Source of the DNA: Eutreptiella sp. 'Long Island Sound 2002'
Taxonomy: Eukaryota > Protista > Euglenida
Assembly (NCBI GenBank): GCA_964036045.1
Contig: OZ038378.1
Coordinates: 181,908,001-181,972,000 of the forward strand
Length of the DNA stretch: 64,000 bases
Direction: 5' to 3'
The notes under the pieces were generated by a model. That model was not told where the DNA came from, made no database searches, and worked only from the letters and a program-made list of their open reading frames with translations. A program made the position numbers and the translations under genes. This document shows positions 11,694 to 21,829 of this stretch, piece after piece (position 1 is the stretch's first letter; every line of letters starts with the position of its first letter).

Positions 11694-11762
11694 GGGAGGG
11701 GGGAGATCATATTCTGTTTCGGGCGTCCTCACCCCCGCAGACATGCAGCGAGGGGCCCCCCG
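11681..11762 (+). promoter_or_regulatory. Candidate -1 programmed ribosomal frameshift signal
   Basis: Heptamer T TTA AAT (11681-11687) is in the X XXY YYZ phase of ORF1, one codon before its TAG. The -1 frame is the open EN-RT frame. After a 5-nt spacer a G-rich arm (11693-11705) is complementary to CCTCACCCCC (11727-11736). Confidence 0.7.
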
Positions 11763-14700
11763 TAGACAGTCTGGTCAGCACCATGCTCTCCCTCCAGTGG
11801 ATACGGCAAAAAATGGGTCTTGCCACTTACATAGTCCAGCAAACATCAGAGTTCGTCTCCCATCTGGACACCCACACATATTATCCGATGGATATGACAC
11901 ACACCGGTGATCCGATCCGCAACACACGTAACCGTATCAACGCCCTGTCCCATTGTGACTCCCAAAGCAGTGAGCGTGCCTTATGTGACAAACGACACAC
12001 CGACAACGTAGCCGGACAGTGGGCGCATGCTTCGCCTCCGCCCCCCCTGCAGGCACAACCATTCAGAGATATACAGTGTTCCAAGGTGCCTGGGTGGGTT
12101 TTCCGCAGAGTATGCCACACCCTGTCCGCGGTCAGTGGATGGTCCACACCACACGGGTGGCTTACAGCATGTCACATCCAATGGGACAATCCAGCGACAC
12201 GCCTGATACACTCCTCCTCCTCCCCCCACGTCCTAACATCTTGGGACGAATGCAGCCCCGTACTCCCTCTGCCCTCCCCCCTCCCTGACCCCCTGCAACA
12301 CCTGTGGATTTGGGCCCCAGCATCTGAGGTCCCAGCAGTGCAATACCACTTCCCCCAAATGTCCACTGTGGGGTGGTTCAGCACTTCACAGCCTATACAC
12401 CTCATGACCTCGTCCAGTGCCCTGGATGCGTGTGACAGCATCCAAATACACCGTCTGCACCTGTTGTTGTCGCATGAAGGATCGAGCCTCTTGGTCCACC
12501 AACCCCCACCTCAGAGCGCCAATGTCCTTAGAGCTTTATGTATCCAGATGTCACGAGCCCTGTCGGATAAAAATCTAGGTAGATGGGCAGCACTCCACCA
12601 ACTAAGGATATCCTACCTTCCGTACAACACGCATGCAGCGCTCAGGATGGCTCGCAGGTTGAGCCACGTCCACGTCTGGTACACTCATGTAACACCCCCC
12701 CAGTACGCAGTATACTTAGTATTCCATATATATCTCCACCTTGTGTATGTGGGCGTCACAAGCAAAGCACTGATCGTTCGCCTCCGGAAACACCAAACAG
12801 ACGCGTCGAGTTTCCAAGATTGCTCTACACTCCACCGACTAATGTTGCAAACTGACAGTGCCCACTGGGGGATCATCCCCCTGCAATTCATGAGTGACGA
12901 GTGGTACGCCAGCGTCAGGGAGCAACACTGGTGGTTTGTGTTCAAAAAAATGGGCCTGCAACGATGTTGCGCCAGGCATTAGCACCGAGGGGCAAGGGTC
13001 GGGACCACGAGGATGGCTGAACCAACGAGTCCTGCAAGTGCTGCACAGCATGAAAGAGGCCCGACAGATAAAGGATTTCCCACGACTTAAATTTCTGCAG
13101 CAGGACCTTCACAGTCTGGCCTCGCAGATGAGTGTACCACTGTACTCCGTAGGCAGTATCATCGTCCCGAATCTGCAGCCATCTCAGAAAAGTGCTATTC
13201 ACAGAGTCACCAGAAAAATGATTGCTTCTGTTGCCAGCCCCGCATGGGAAAAACAAGCCCTGGCTAAGGCCATACGAGTCGTCCGCAGCAGCCCTGTAAA
13301 CGTCCGCCGCGTTTTTGAGCAACACGCTCGGCGATTCGATAAGTTAGGCGACCAGCCCCCATGCAAGTGTCTCACAGCACCAAAATTCCCGGGGGTCTCC
13401 ACAGTCATCGATGGACACATAGCGTACACACCACTGTGGGTACCTACCTCAGACACCTATGCCCGACCCAACGACCCCCTACCCCTCAGAGGCTCCTCCG
13501 TCCGCTCCCAACTCCTCTCTGACCTGAAAAAGATGGCAGATCAAATCGGTGCAAGTCTTCCACTCCTCGAACTGATGCTCCCAGACTCCCTGTGGCCAGA
13601 GACGGGCCACAAGCTTACACAAGTCAGGAAATTTGCTAAGTCGGTCTGTCAGTCCCACTATGTCCGCATTGTCGACAAGGGGTCGGGAGTCCTATGGGCG
13701 TTCTGCCGCCACTGGGTATGGGGCATCATCCAACAGTTCCTGAAGAGCGAAGGCTACACCCCGTCCCCTAAAACGTTGCCCCAATCCATGGCTTTCGTCT
13801 CTGCAGAGCTCGACGCCAGAGGCTGGGACCGCAACACAGCCGGTCAGCTTCCCCTCCTCTATCTCCTGGGCAAATTCAAATCACTGGCTAAGGGTAAGTG
13901 GCTCTGGCGCGGCATTACCTCCCTCCCCCAACCCCTGCTACCCAAAAAATCACTGCGCATCGCCGCACGCGCCAACACAGCCTTCCTCCGACTCCTGTGT
14001 CAAGAAGTCCCCTGCTGTTTTCTAGCTCAGAGCATCTCAGAAGTAAGCCAATGGTTCCACTGGTTAGACACCATAAACGCCCGGTTCATCAGTGAGGTGG
14101 ATTGCAAGGACCAATTCAATAATATATGCCCCACGGACATCGAATCCCACCTGACGGCAGCCAGCAAGTGGCTCGCCAAACGCCGCAAGTGGCGCATGAC
14201 AGATATTGAGTGGTCCATTCACAAAGACTCCAAAATGCTCGACAGAGCGGGACGTGCAAAGGCAACGAAATTCTGGTACATCACCCATGCCCAAATGTCA
14301 GACACAATCACGTTTGAGATGCACTGCAATAACGTCATCAGAGCAGTGGGAGGGTTATGGTGCCGCCACGGTTGCATTCCAATGGGCGGTTCTTTTTCAG
14401 CCCAGGCAGCCGATCTGCACAGCCTATGGCAGGTTTATTCAAATCGCCACCTCCTGCGCCGCCTGGGCTCCCTCACTGTTTCCGAGGCAGGGTTCCCCTA
14501 CTGGGAGTCCCCGCAGGGGATAACCGCCCTATGTCAATTTAGAGACAACATCCTGATTGCCACCACCTACCCAGACACCACCTCCCACCCCATCGTCTCT
14601 ACAGTGTGTAACCTGCTGGGCGAGGCATGGAACCTGGATGTGCTCTGTGAGTGTATGTCGGGGCCAGGGGACCCCTGCAAACATCACTGCCACTCAGCGT

Positions 14701-15294
14701 CCACCACAGCCCTCGGCTTTGACATGATTCGGGGGGAAAACGGGTAAAGGACTAGCTTACCTACACCCCAGCGCGCTCTCATCAACTTGGAGTCTGAAGA
14801 GTGCACCCCCCCTCCTGTCCCCGGCAAGCGCCTATCCTGCTTACCTGCCGGGTATCATGACGGGCGCTTTGAGCAATGCACGCCCTTGGGCCACGACGTG
14901 GGCGGGGGAGCTGCTGTCCCTCTCTGCTTGGTTACAGATAGCGCTTCTCAGCGGGTATGCACTGCCACAGGTCACCAGGGCGGCACACTCGGCGGTCACG
15001 CGGGGCCTGTCTACCAGCCCCAACGACCATACAGCCACAACCCGCTACTTGTACACGGTTCGCCACCTCCTCCCCATGCCACACTGCTGCCACCTCACCT
15101 TGTGCGCCGCGTGGCTGCGGCGTCACGCACACTGGGCGGGGGACAGCTACAGCAGTTGGCACCTGGACCCATCCCTGTCACCAGACGGAACCACAGGCTT
15201 CTGGTGCGGAGACTGGGAAATCCTCCACCTCCACGCCGCCAAAGTTAAACCCAGCAACCATGACTGCCCCCCTTGGGAGACAATGTGTGTGTAA
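11681..15294 (+). CDS. ORF2: unknown N-terminal region, GIY-YIG endonuclease, CxC linker, reverse transcriptase, C-terminal extension; interrupted by two +1 shifts
   Basis: Pieces 11606-12982, 12894-14747 and ~14728-15294 join if one base is removed from A7 (12944-12950) and one from G6A4 (14731-14740). The C-terminal piece aligns with the neighbouring element (LHPSAL vs THPSAL; ARPWATTWAGELLSLSAWLQIA vs AQPWLESWSAQILSALSWVQVA). Confidence 0.85.
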
Positions 15295-15334
15295 CCCATG
15301 AATGTGCATGTTCGCGCCACAGACATGTAAGAGG

Positions 15335-15405
15335 CCTGGAGTGGACCAGTGGTCAGCGACATCGACTCGTCTGCCTATAGCGGAGGTTCGAATCCTCCCA
15401 TCGTC
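15335..15405 (+). ncRNA. tRNA-derived Pol III promoter cassette (A and B boxes); not a functional tRNA
   Basis: A-box TGGACCAGTGG (15342-15352) and a perfect T-arm GGAGG-TTCGAAT-CCTCC (15382-15398) at tRNA spacing. Acceptor, D and anticodon stems do not pair. Confidence 0.6.
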
Positions 15406-15851
15406 GTAAACGCACCACCGCCCCCTACAACAGCACACGCAGCCAGCGAGTCCACGGGCACCGGCAGCGGGCGGTGCGCCTCGCTTTTTCAGGCAACCCC
15501 CCCAAACCCCCGACCCCCTGCACGCGCCCCGCAAAAACGCACCACCGCCCCCTCCGGCAGCGCGCGCCGCTTGCGCGTCTTGAACCCCGGCAGCGTGGCG
15601 AGGGGGGCGCATACGCTGCAGCCGGGCTCCTGCAGCGAGTCTTCTCTTCGGCAGTGCAGCCACGCGCACAGCAGGAATCAAACCAGCGCCTCCACGGCAC
15701 GAGCCCAGCGATTCAACCGCTGGGGTAGCACACACCACAGCAAGAAAAGCACCATGCACGCATACCAACACAACGACACGCCACGGTGTGCGCCACAAAG
15801 CGACAGCGAAATGCGTCGGATTCACTGACCATGACGGGCCCCCTTGGAGTC

Positions 15852-16185
15852 TGTGTGTGTGTGAGCGGGTGGTTACACCCGTCTCCAGCTAAGTACCTCC
15901 AGAGTAGGCATGTAAGTAGCGCTGCGGTTTTCAACAGATCATACAATCATTGGCTAGACAGGGCCGGGCAGTGGGCAGGGTCTGTAGTGATCGGCGCAAC
16001 TTGCACTGTGAGAACAAACTCCTGTACACCGTCACTCCTGTCTCAGAAAGGACCTTGCCTACCTTTTTGTTAATGGCCTGATGAAATTGTCTCGGTGACA
16101 AGTGCTCTGCCTTCGCCTGCTTTCGTCTTCACTGACGTTGTGCCCCGCGTTTGGTCCCCACTGGTTTTCCCGCACGAAGTGTGTG
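15852..16185 (+). repeat. 3' pseudo-LTR (direct repeat of 9826-10159), followed by a (GT)n tail
   Basis: Direct sequence match to the 5' copy. Confidence 0.95.
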
Positions 16186-16192
16186 TGTGTGT

Positions 16193-17604
16193 TCAAGGAA
16201 GCGTCCAACTGGATATACAAAAAGCGTCGCTGGCGGCAGGTCAACCTACAGTGGTCCGTCATTAAAGAGAGTGCAAAATTGGACCGCGCCGGGCAAGCTA
16301 CGAACACACGGTTTTGGTGTATCACCCATGACCTGCTGTCACGCCTCCTGAAATTTGAGCTCACTGAAATAACATGTTACAGGCTGTAGGCACCCTCTGG
16401 AAAAGGGAGGGCAGTATCCCGATGGGCGGCCCCTTCTCAGCTCAGACCGCCGACCTCCACACGCTGTGGCAAGTAAAGAGGGCAGGGAAGAAACTGCGCA
16501 ATTGGGGGGGGCTCAATATTTCCGACGAGGGATACATTTACTGGCAGCGTGGCCCCTTGTGGTTCAGCCTCTGTCAGTTTCGTGACAATATTTTGTTCGC
16601 TTCGAACCACAGGCCAGGGGCCCGCACCAGTATCATCCAGACGGTCACGGAAACCTTGTCCAGTGTCTGGGACCTTGATGCCCATGCACCGACGGGGGGG
16701 GAAGACTGCTGCGTTGACAGCTCAGGCCCTTGGTATCAGCATGACCGTTGGGGCGGGGGTAGGACTGAGCACAACCCACCCCTCAGCGCTGAAACCAGAC
16801 TGGGATCCGCGGTTTGGAAAACCGCTGATGACGCCCAGCCGGGCGGCCCCGGAATATCTCAGCTGCATTTTCACCAGCAGCCTCACGAGTGCACAGCCCT
16901 GGCTTGAGAGTTGGAGTGCGCAGATACTGTCTGCGTTGTCCTGGGTCCAGGTAGCACGCGCCTGCGATTACAGGCGCATGGCTGTGATGCGCGCGATGCA
17001 CAAGACAGTGCGCCGTGTGTACTCGGCATCGCCATGGCGGGCGGAGAACACTATGCGCGCGGTGTACGCGATAGGCCACCAGCAGCCCTGCCCCCAGACA
17101 ACCACAGTTGACAAACTGCTGCACTGGCTTTTTCAAAACGCAGTCTGGGACGGCTGCAAGTACACCGACCAGGTGATCCCAGCTGAATTGCAACCGGAAG
17201 GATATACCCCAACCTGGTGCTCCGACATACACCTGCTCCAGGCACGCAGTGCCACTTTTTCAGACCGCCCTCCCCTTTGCCCTACCCTCTCTGTGTGTGT
17301 GCGGTAAGGTGAAAGCACCTAGCACAGGTTGCATTTAGTTTTAGTTTTGACGGGATATCACGACCTCCTCCGTAGGTGAATATTGTGGTCTGTCATGAAC
17401 GCTGCACGATTGTCAGGGCAGGTGAGGGAGTGAACTGACGATATACAGTGCAGCACATTGCCGCGTTTTCTGACAGACCGAAAGACGTCTAGGACAACTC
17501 TGCTGTCCCTGAGGAGTTTTCTTTCACCGCTTTTCTTGCTCTGTTCTTGTTTTTGCGGTTCTCATTGTGTGTGTGTGTGTGTATGTGTGTGTGTGTGCGT
17601 GTGT
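16193..17604 (+). mobile_element. 5'-truncated, frameshifted Penelope-like element of a related but divergent family
   Basis: FKEASNWIYKKRRWRQVNLQWS...LDRAGQATNTRFWCITH aligns with LTAASKWLAKRRKWRMTDIEWS...LDRAGRAKATKFWYITH. It also has GSIPMGGPFSAQTADLH and LCQFRDNILF. It starts at the TG tail of the first element and ends near the TG tract at 17567-17604 (3' limit approximate). Confidence 0.85.
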
Positions 17605-18002
17605 GACCGAGACCGGGTACACTTGGGCTGCTTTGACATAGAGCCTATTTGTTGTTCTGGGGGCTATTGTACACCCCTGTGGTGCCTATGGCACCTGGTT
17701 GTGCGCTGCAGCACGCTTTGGCAATGATTCAAGCAACAGGGAGAGACGGGTCATTGTAATGCTCTTCACTATTTGTTTCACACTTTTCTTGTTTTTGTAC
17801 CCACTTTGTCAAATTGTCAAGTACCCTGAAGTAGTGATGGGAATCAACTTGAGGATCTCCAAATATCCCCCCCCCCCCCAAGAAAAAACCCATAGCCACA
17901 AGTTTTGACATGTACGTGCATGAAAAGCACCACTAAGCCCCAAATCAGCCGTTTCCGGATTCAATGAGCCTCAATTGAGTCTTGGCGAACCATGGGTATA
18001 CG

Positions 18003-18013
18003 GTGTGTGTTTG

Positions 18014-18054
<41 letters not shown>

Positions 18055-18055
18055 G
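18003..18055. repeat. (TG)n microsatellite, imperfect
   Basis: Directly visible. Confidence 0.95.
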
Positions 18056-20504
18056 CAAACAGTTTATGCTCTCCTCCAAACACTGTCTTGTGTTCCAATC
18101 CTGTTTGCACATCGTTGATTATATTTCTATTGCTTTCACCGCTTGTATCTCTTTTCCTTCTTTGTGTCTGTGTGTTTTCAATCATTCTCCTAATGTGCAT
18201 ATAGTTGCGTCTGTCTCACAAAACACATGTTGTGGAGGGTTTTGGCAATGTCATGGAATGGCTCACCGACAAGTTGTGTGACAATGACGTTAGTGACCCC
18301 ACGTGCATGGACAATCGGGGTGATGTACATTCCGCCTCCCAAAAATGAAGAAACATGAACGAAAAGAGGCAACCCCTAGTGGTTTGGCTAGGCAACATCA
18401 CTGCATGTTTAATATGAATTGTGATGATTGTGCCGGGCTACACTAGTGTCTTTGTGCCACGGATTGCACTGTGCCAACGTGGGTGTTCAAAGTGTGGATT
18501 TGGGAGCCACTATGTGAGACCTACTTGATTCAACCAATGCTGTACCACCTCATTCAAAAAGGCATTTCGTATTGTGGCCATCCATTCCTTGCTCCAAGGC
18601 AATTATGCCTCTCGAGAGCCAGGCCATGACACGGTAGGCATTGAAGCCTCCGATGCGGAAGATATCCACGAACAGGTAAAAATCCGTGGAGTGTGGCACA
18701 AGCTGCCAATGGGCCATCCTCTAGGTGCAACAGGTTAGTTGGAACATGATGCGGCGCTTGTTGACAACCCAACCAAGAGCCCAAAAAGGATATGTTGCTT
18801 GTGCACGGAGCTCCAATTGCTATGTGCAACCTATGTCAGGAGACACCACGTCCAAGCTCATCTGCAAGCCTGCATTATGCAACTACGCACCTTTTGTAAC
18901 GTTATTTGCTACTCTTTTGTGCAGTGCAAATCTGGTGTAGTGTATGGATTGCTTGCTGCTTTATGGTTGCATCATTTGTTCCATGTCAACTTCAGTCGAG
19001 GCCACCACCATCTTCATTACGTTACACTCAAGCCACCAATCATGGCGCACCTCGCCTGTGCATGAGGTACCCAAAACGTTTGTGGGGGCTACATGCTTCA
19101 CCTCCTCTAGCAGCACCATTGGTTGTTGGGTTGTTCTTGTTGTTTTTTTGTTTGCTTGAAAAAAGAGTGCATTCGGTCACATTCACAAAATGTGCACATG
19201 ACTTACACAAAAAAAAAAACAACAAAAAGGTATATGCGATTTGTAGCAAAAAAAATACGTTTCATGCGCTTTTCGCTGCGCACCATCTATGTTTTCTTCT
19301 GCCAAGGTCCTTTGGTTTCCATGATGGGTTTCAGAATGAACATTGCATTGGAGCTGGGTCTTGGGGAATGTGCAAGGGGTGGTTGTCTTACAGAAAGATA
19401 GCAAGCCTATGGGCGTGTGTGGCATACAGGAGCTGGCCCAGCAAACAACCTCCTGGGGCCACAACAGACACAAAGGGCTAAGCCACAAAGGAGGACAACC
19501 GACGATCTCAGTAGGTGGTTGGCAGCTGTGGCTTGTTGGACTGGGTTGTGTCTCCTCCTCCTCCTCCCCGTGTGGAGGTGCGCGGGCGTGTGTGTGTGTG
19601 TGTGTGTGAGTGGGTGGGTAAGTGTGTGCATGCATGTAGTGTCCCGCCTTCAGCCTATAGGCCTTTTTCTGTCTTGTTTGTACAATGTGGGGTTGGGTGC
19701 ATGTGTGTGTAGCGATGGTTCTCACTCGTGCCGCAGTCAGTGGCCCTTACACCCACTTGTGCCAACTGCATGTCTGCCCCGCCCCCCCTTGAGTTGGCAT
19801 GTGAGGCTTGTGCCGCCATGTGTTAGGCCGCGGATCATATTGGTAGGTTTCCATTTGGGCACTCGCTCAGATCACCTTCTGCTGCCTTTGCAGGTGGAGG
19901 CTTCAAGTTTGCAGTTCTTGCCTGGAAACAGCCACCACTTACGCCATCAGAAATCCTGCGCACTCACAGTGACAATCGAGTGCTGGGCACCCAGACTTCT
20001 CCTTTGCAATTTACCTTCACTGTCCCCAGGTTTGGGCTGTCATATCAGGGTGGGTTCCACTAGTTTTCGTGTGTTTTTTGCTGGTGAACATAAGTCAGGT
20101 GGTTAATGGCAGCCTTTTTATGGTCAACAGCCCTGGGGTTGACTTTCGTTGGTGGTCACCAACTTTTCTTGTTCCGTTTGGGTATGGACGATTTCGTAAA
20201 GCAAATGCCGTCCCCCCCCCCCCCCGTTGCCATAGCACCTCCGCTCTGCCCTCTGGAGTTGGTGCGCGTGTCAGATAACACGTCTGTGACATGCTGAACA
20301 CTGGTACTGAGACGAAGGATCGTGCACGGGCAAGGGGGGCAGGGGGCTTCGGTCTGTGAGTCTGCCACAGTTTGTTGTGCTGAAATTGGCATCTCGTGGC
20401 TTTTCTGCATTTCAGTTGTTTTTTGCTGTGAGGGATTGCTCCAGGAACGAGTACGGCTGCTAATTGCCAAGGGGTTTTCGATGCTGCTGGCTCGCTCCCC
20501 CCTC

Positions 20505-20515
20505 CTCTCTCTCTG

Positions 20516-20579
<64 letters not shown>

Positions 20580-20945
20580 CCCCCCCCCCCTCCCCCCTTC
20601 CCTCTCTGTCTGTCTACCGCTCTCTTCCTCTGTCCCTGTCTCTCCGTGTCCTGTCTGTCTCTTCTCCCCCCTACCCCCTTTCTCCGTCTCTCACTCACTC
20701 TCTCTCACTCTCCCTCTCCGTCCGTCCGTCTGTCTGTCTGTCCCTCCCTCCCTCCCTCCCTCCCTCCCTCCCTCCCTCCCCCCCGCCCCCCCCGCTCTCT
20801 CTCTCTCTCTCTCTCGCTCTGTGTGTGCATGTGTGTGTCTGTCTGTCTCTCCCTTCCTCTGTCTCCTCCTCTCTGTCGGTCTCTCCGTCCCTCTATTTGT
20901 CTCTGCCTTCTTTCATCTCCCTCTCTGTCTGTCTATCTTTTCCTT
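20505..20945. repeat. Compound (CT)n/(CCCT)n/(CTGT)n polypyrimidine microsatellite
   Basis: Directly visible. Confidence 0.95.
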
Positions 20946-21829
20946 CCTCCCCAGTAAGTGAGGGCCGATCCCAGCCCATTCGTGGCTTGGGGACCGGGAC
21001 TACGGCCCTGCCAACCGCCCGCTGTCGCAACACCGTCTGCACGGCATCCCAGGATCTACTCACCCACCATGTGCTCATGGTGCCATCAGCCATGGGGTTT
21101 AGAATGGTCCGCTGATGGGGTAGGACGTGGGGCGTACTCATCCGCCCTGGTTTGTACCGAATTGTTTTAGACTCGCCAGGAGATGCCGTGTCTTTTGTCT
21201 ACCCCGGCGCTGATGCTACAACGCCCATTTGCGTTCTGTGTTAGACTCTTTCTCTCTCTCTCTCTCTCTCTCTCTGGCTGCTGTGGCTCTCCCTCCCTCC
21301 CTCCCTCCCTCCCCCGGTGCCACCCCTCCGTCAGGGCGTCCTGGGGCAAATGGAGGAACCCACCCCACGGGCAGGCTCAGCCCCATGGATGAGGTGCCTG
21401 GTGCGCCGGGGGACAGGAGCCCGGTCCCCCACGTCCACCACCGGCCCGTCCCTACGCCGCGCGGCAACCACAATGGTTGCCCAGGTGTTCCAACACAAAG
21501 CACACACAACAAGCGGCCACGCGCACCTGAAGTGGCACCCTCCTGGAAAGGCGGTCCCAACCCCGGCTGAAGGGAGCACCGTGACCTTACACGGTGGGTA
21601 AGTAGGTGCCCGGTGGTGCTGGGCGCCCAGTGCTGAGCCTGCATGCCACTGGAAGGAGGGCGTCCTCTGCCAAGCAACTCGACCCGACAACCGAGGCACA
21701 TGCCTCCAATGGGTTGCTGGGCCAGTGCATGTACCCCAAGAACAAGACACGGCGCCACACGTAGCCACGACCACGCACGGCAGAACGGAGTGGTGCGTGC
21801 GCCGAGCCAAACCGCGAGCCACGCAACGC

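Larger units (their letters stand above)
9816..16192 (+). mobile_element. Penelope-like retroelement, N-terminal GIY-YIG (Naiad/Chlamys-type) architecture, with an extra Gag-like ORF1
   Basis: 334-bp terminal direct repeats and (TG)n at both ends. GIY-YIG motif AVYLVF...VYVGVT..LIVRLRKH upstream of a CxC linker (PPCKC). PLE-type RT motifs: IVDKGSG, LYLLGKFK...WRGITS, EVDCKDQFNNI, GCIPMGGSFS, QFRDNILI. Confidence 0.88.

Noticed and set aside
11681-15294. Selenocysteine recoding as in some Naiad elements
   Set aside because: No in-frame TGA interrupts the reconstructed ORF2.
15335-15405. Functional tRNA-Thr(CGT)
   Set aside because: Acceptor, D and anticodon stems do not base-pair. Only the promoter boxes and T-arm are intact.
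9816-16192. LTR retrotransposon or DIRS classification (gag, direct repeats starting with TG)
   Set aside because: There is no protease, integrase, RNase H, YR, PBS or CA end. The RT motifs (DKG, GxPMG) and GIY-YIG are PLE-type.
18200-19000. piggyBac-like transposase remnant (Cys clusters such as CNLC...C..C)
   Set aside because: Frames are too broken, and no DDD motifs, TIRs or TTAA TSD could be identified.
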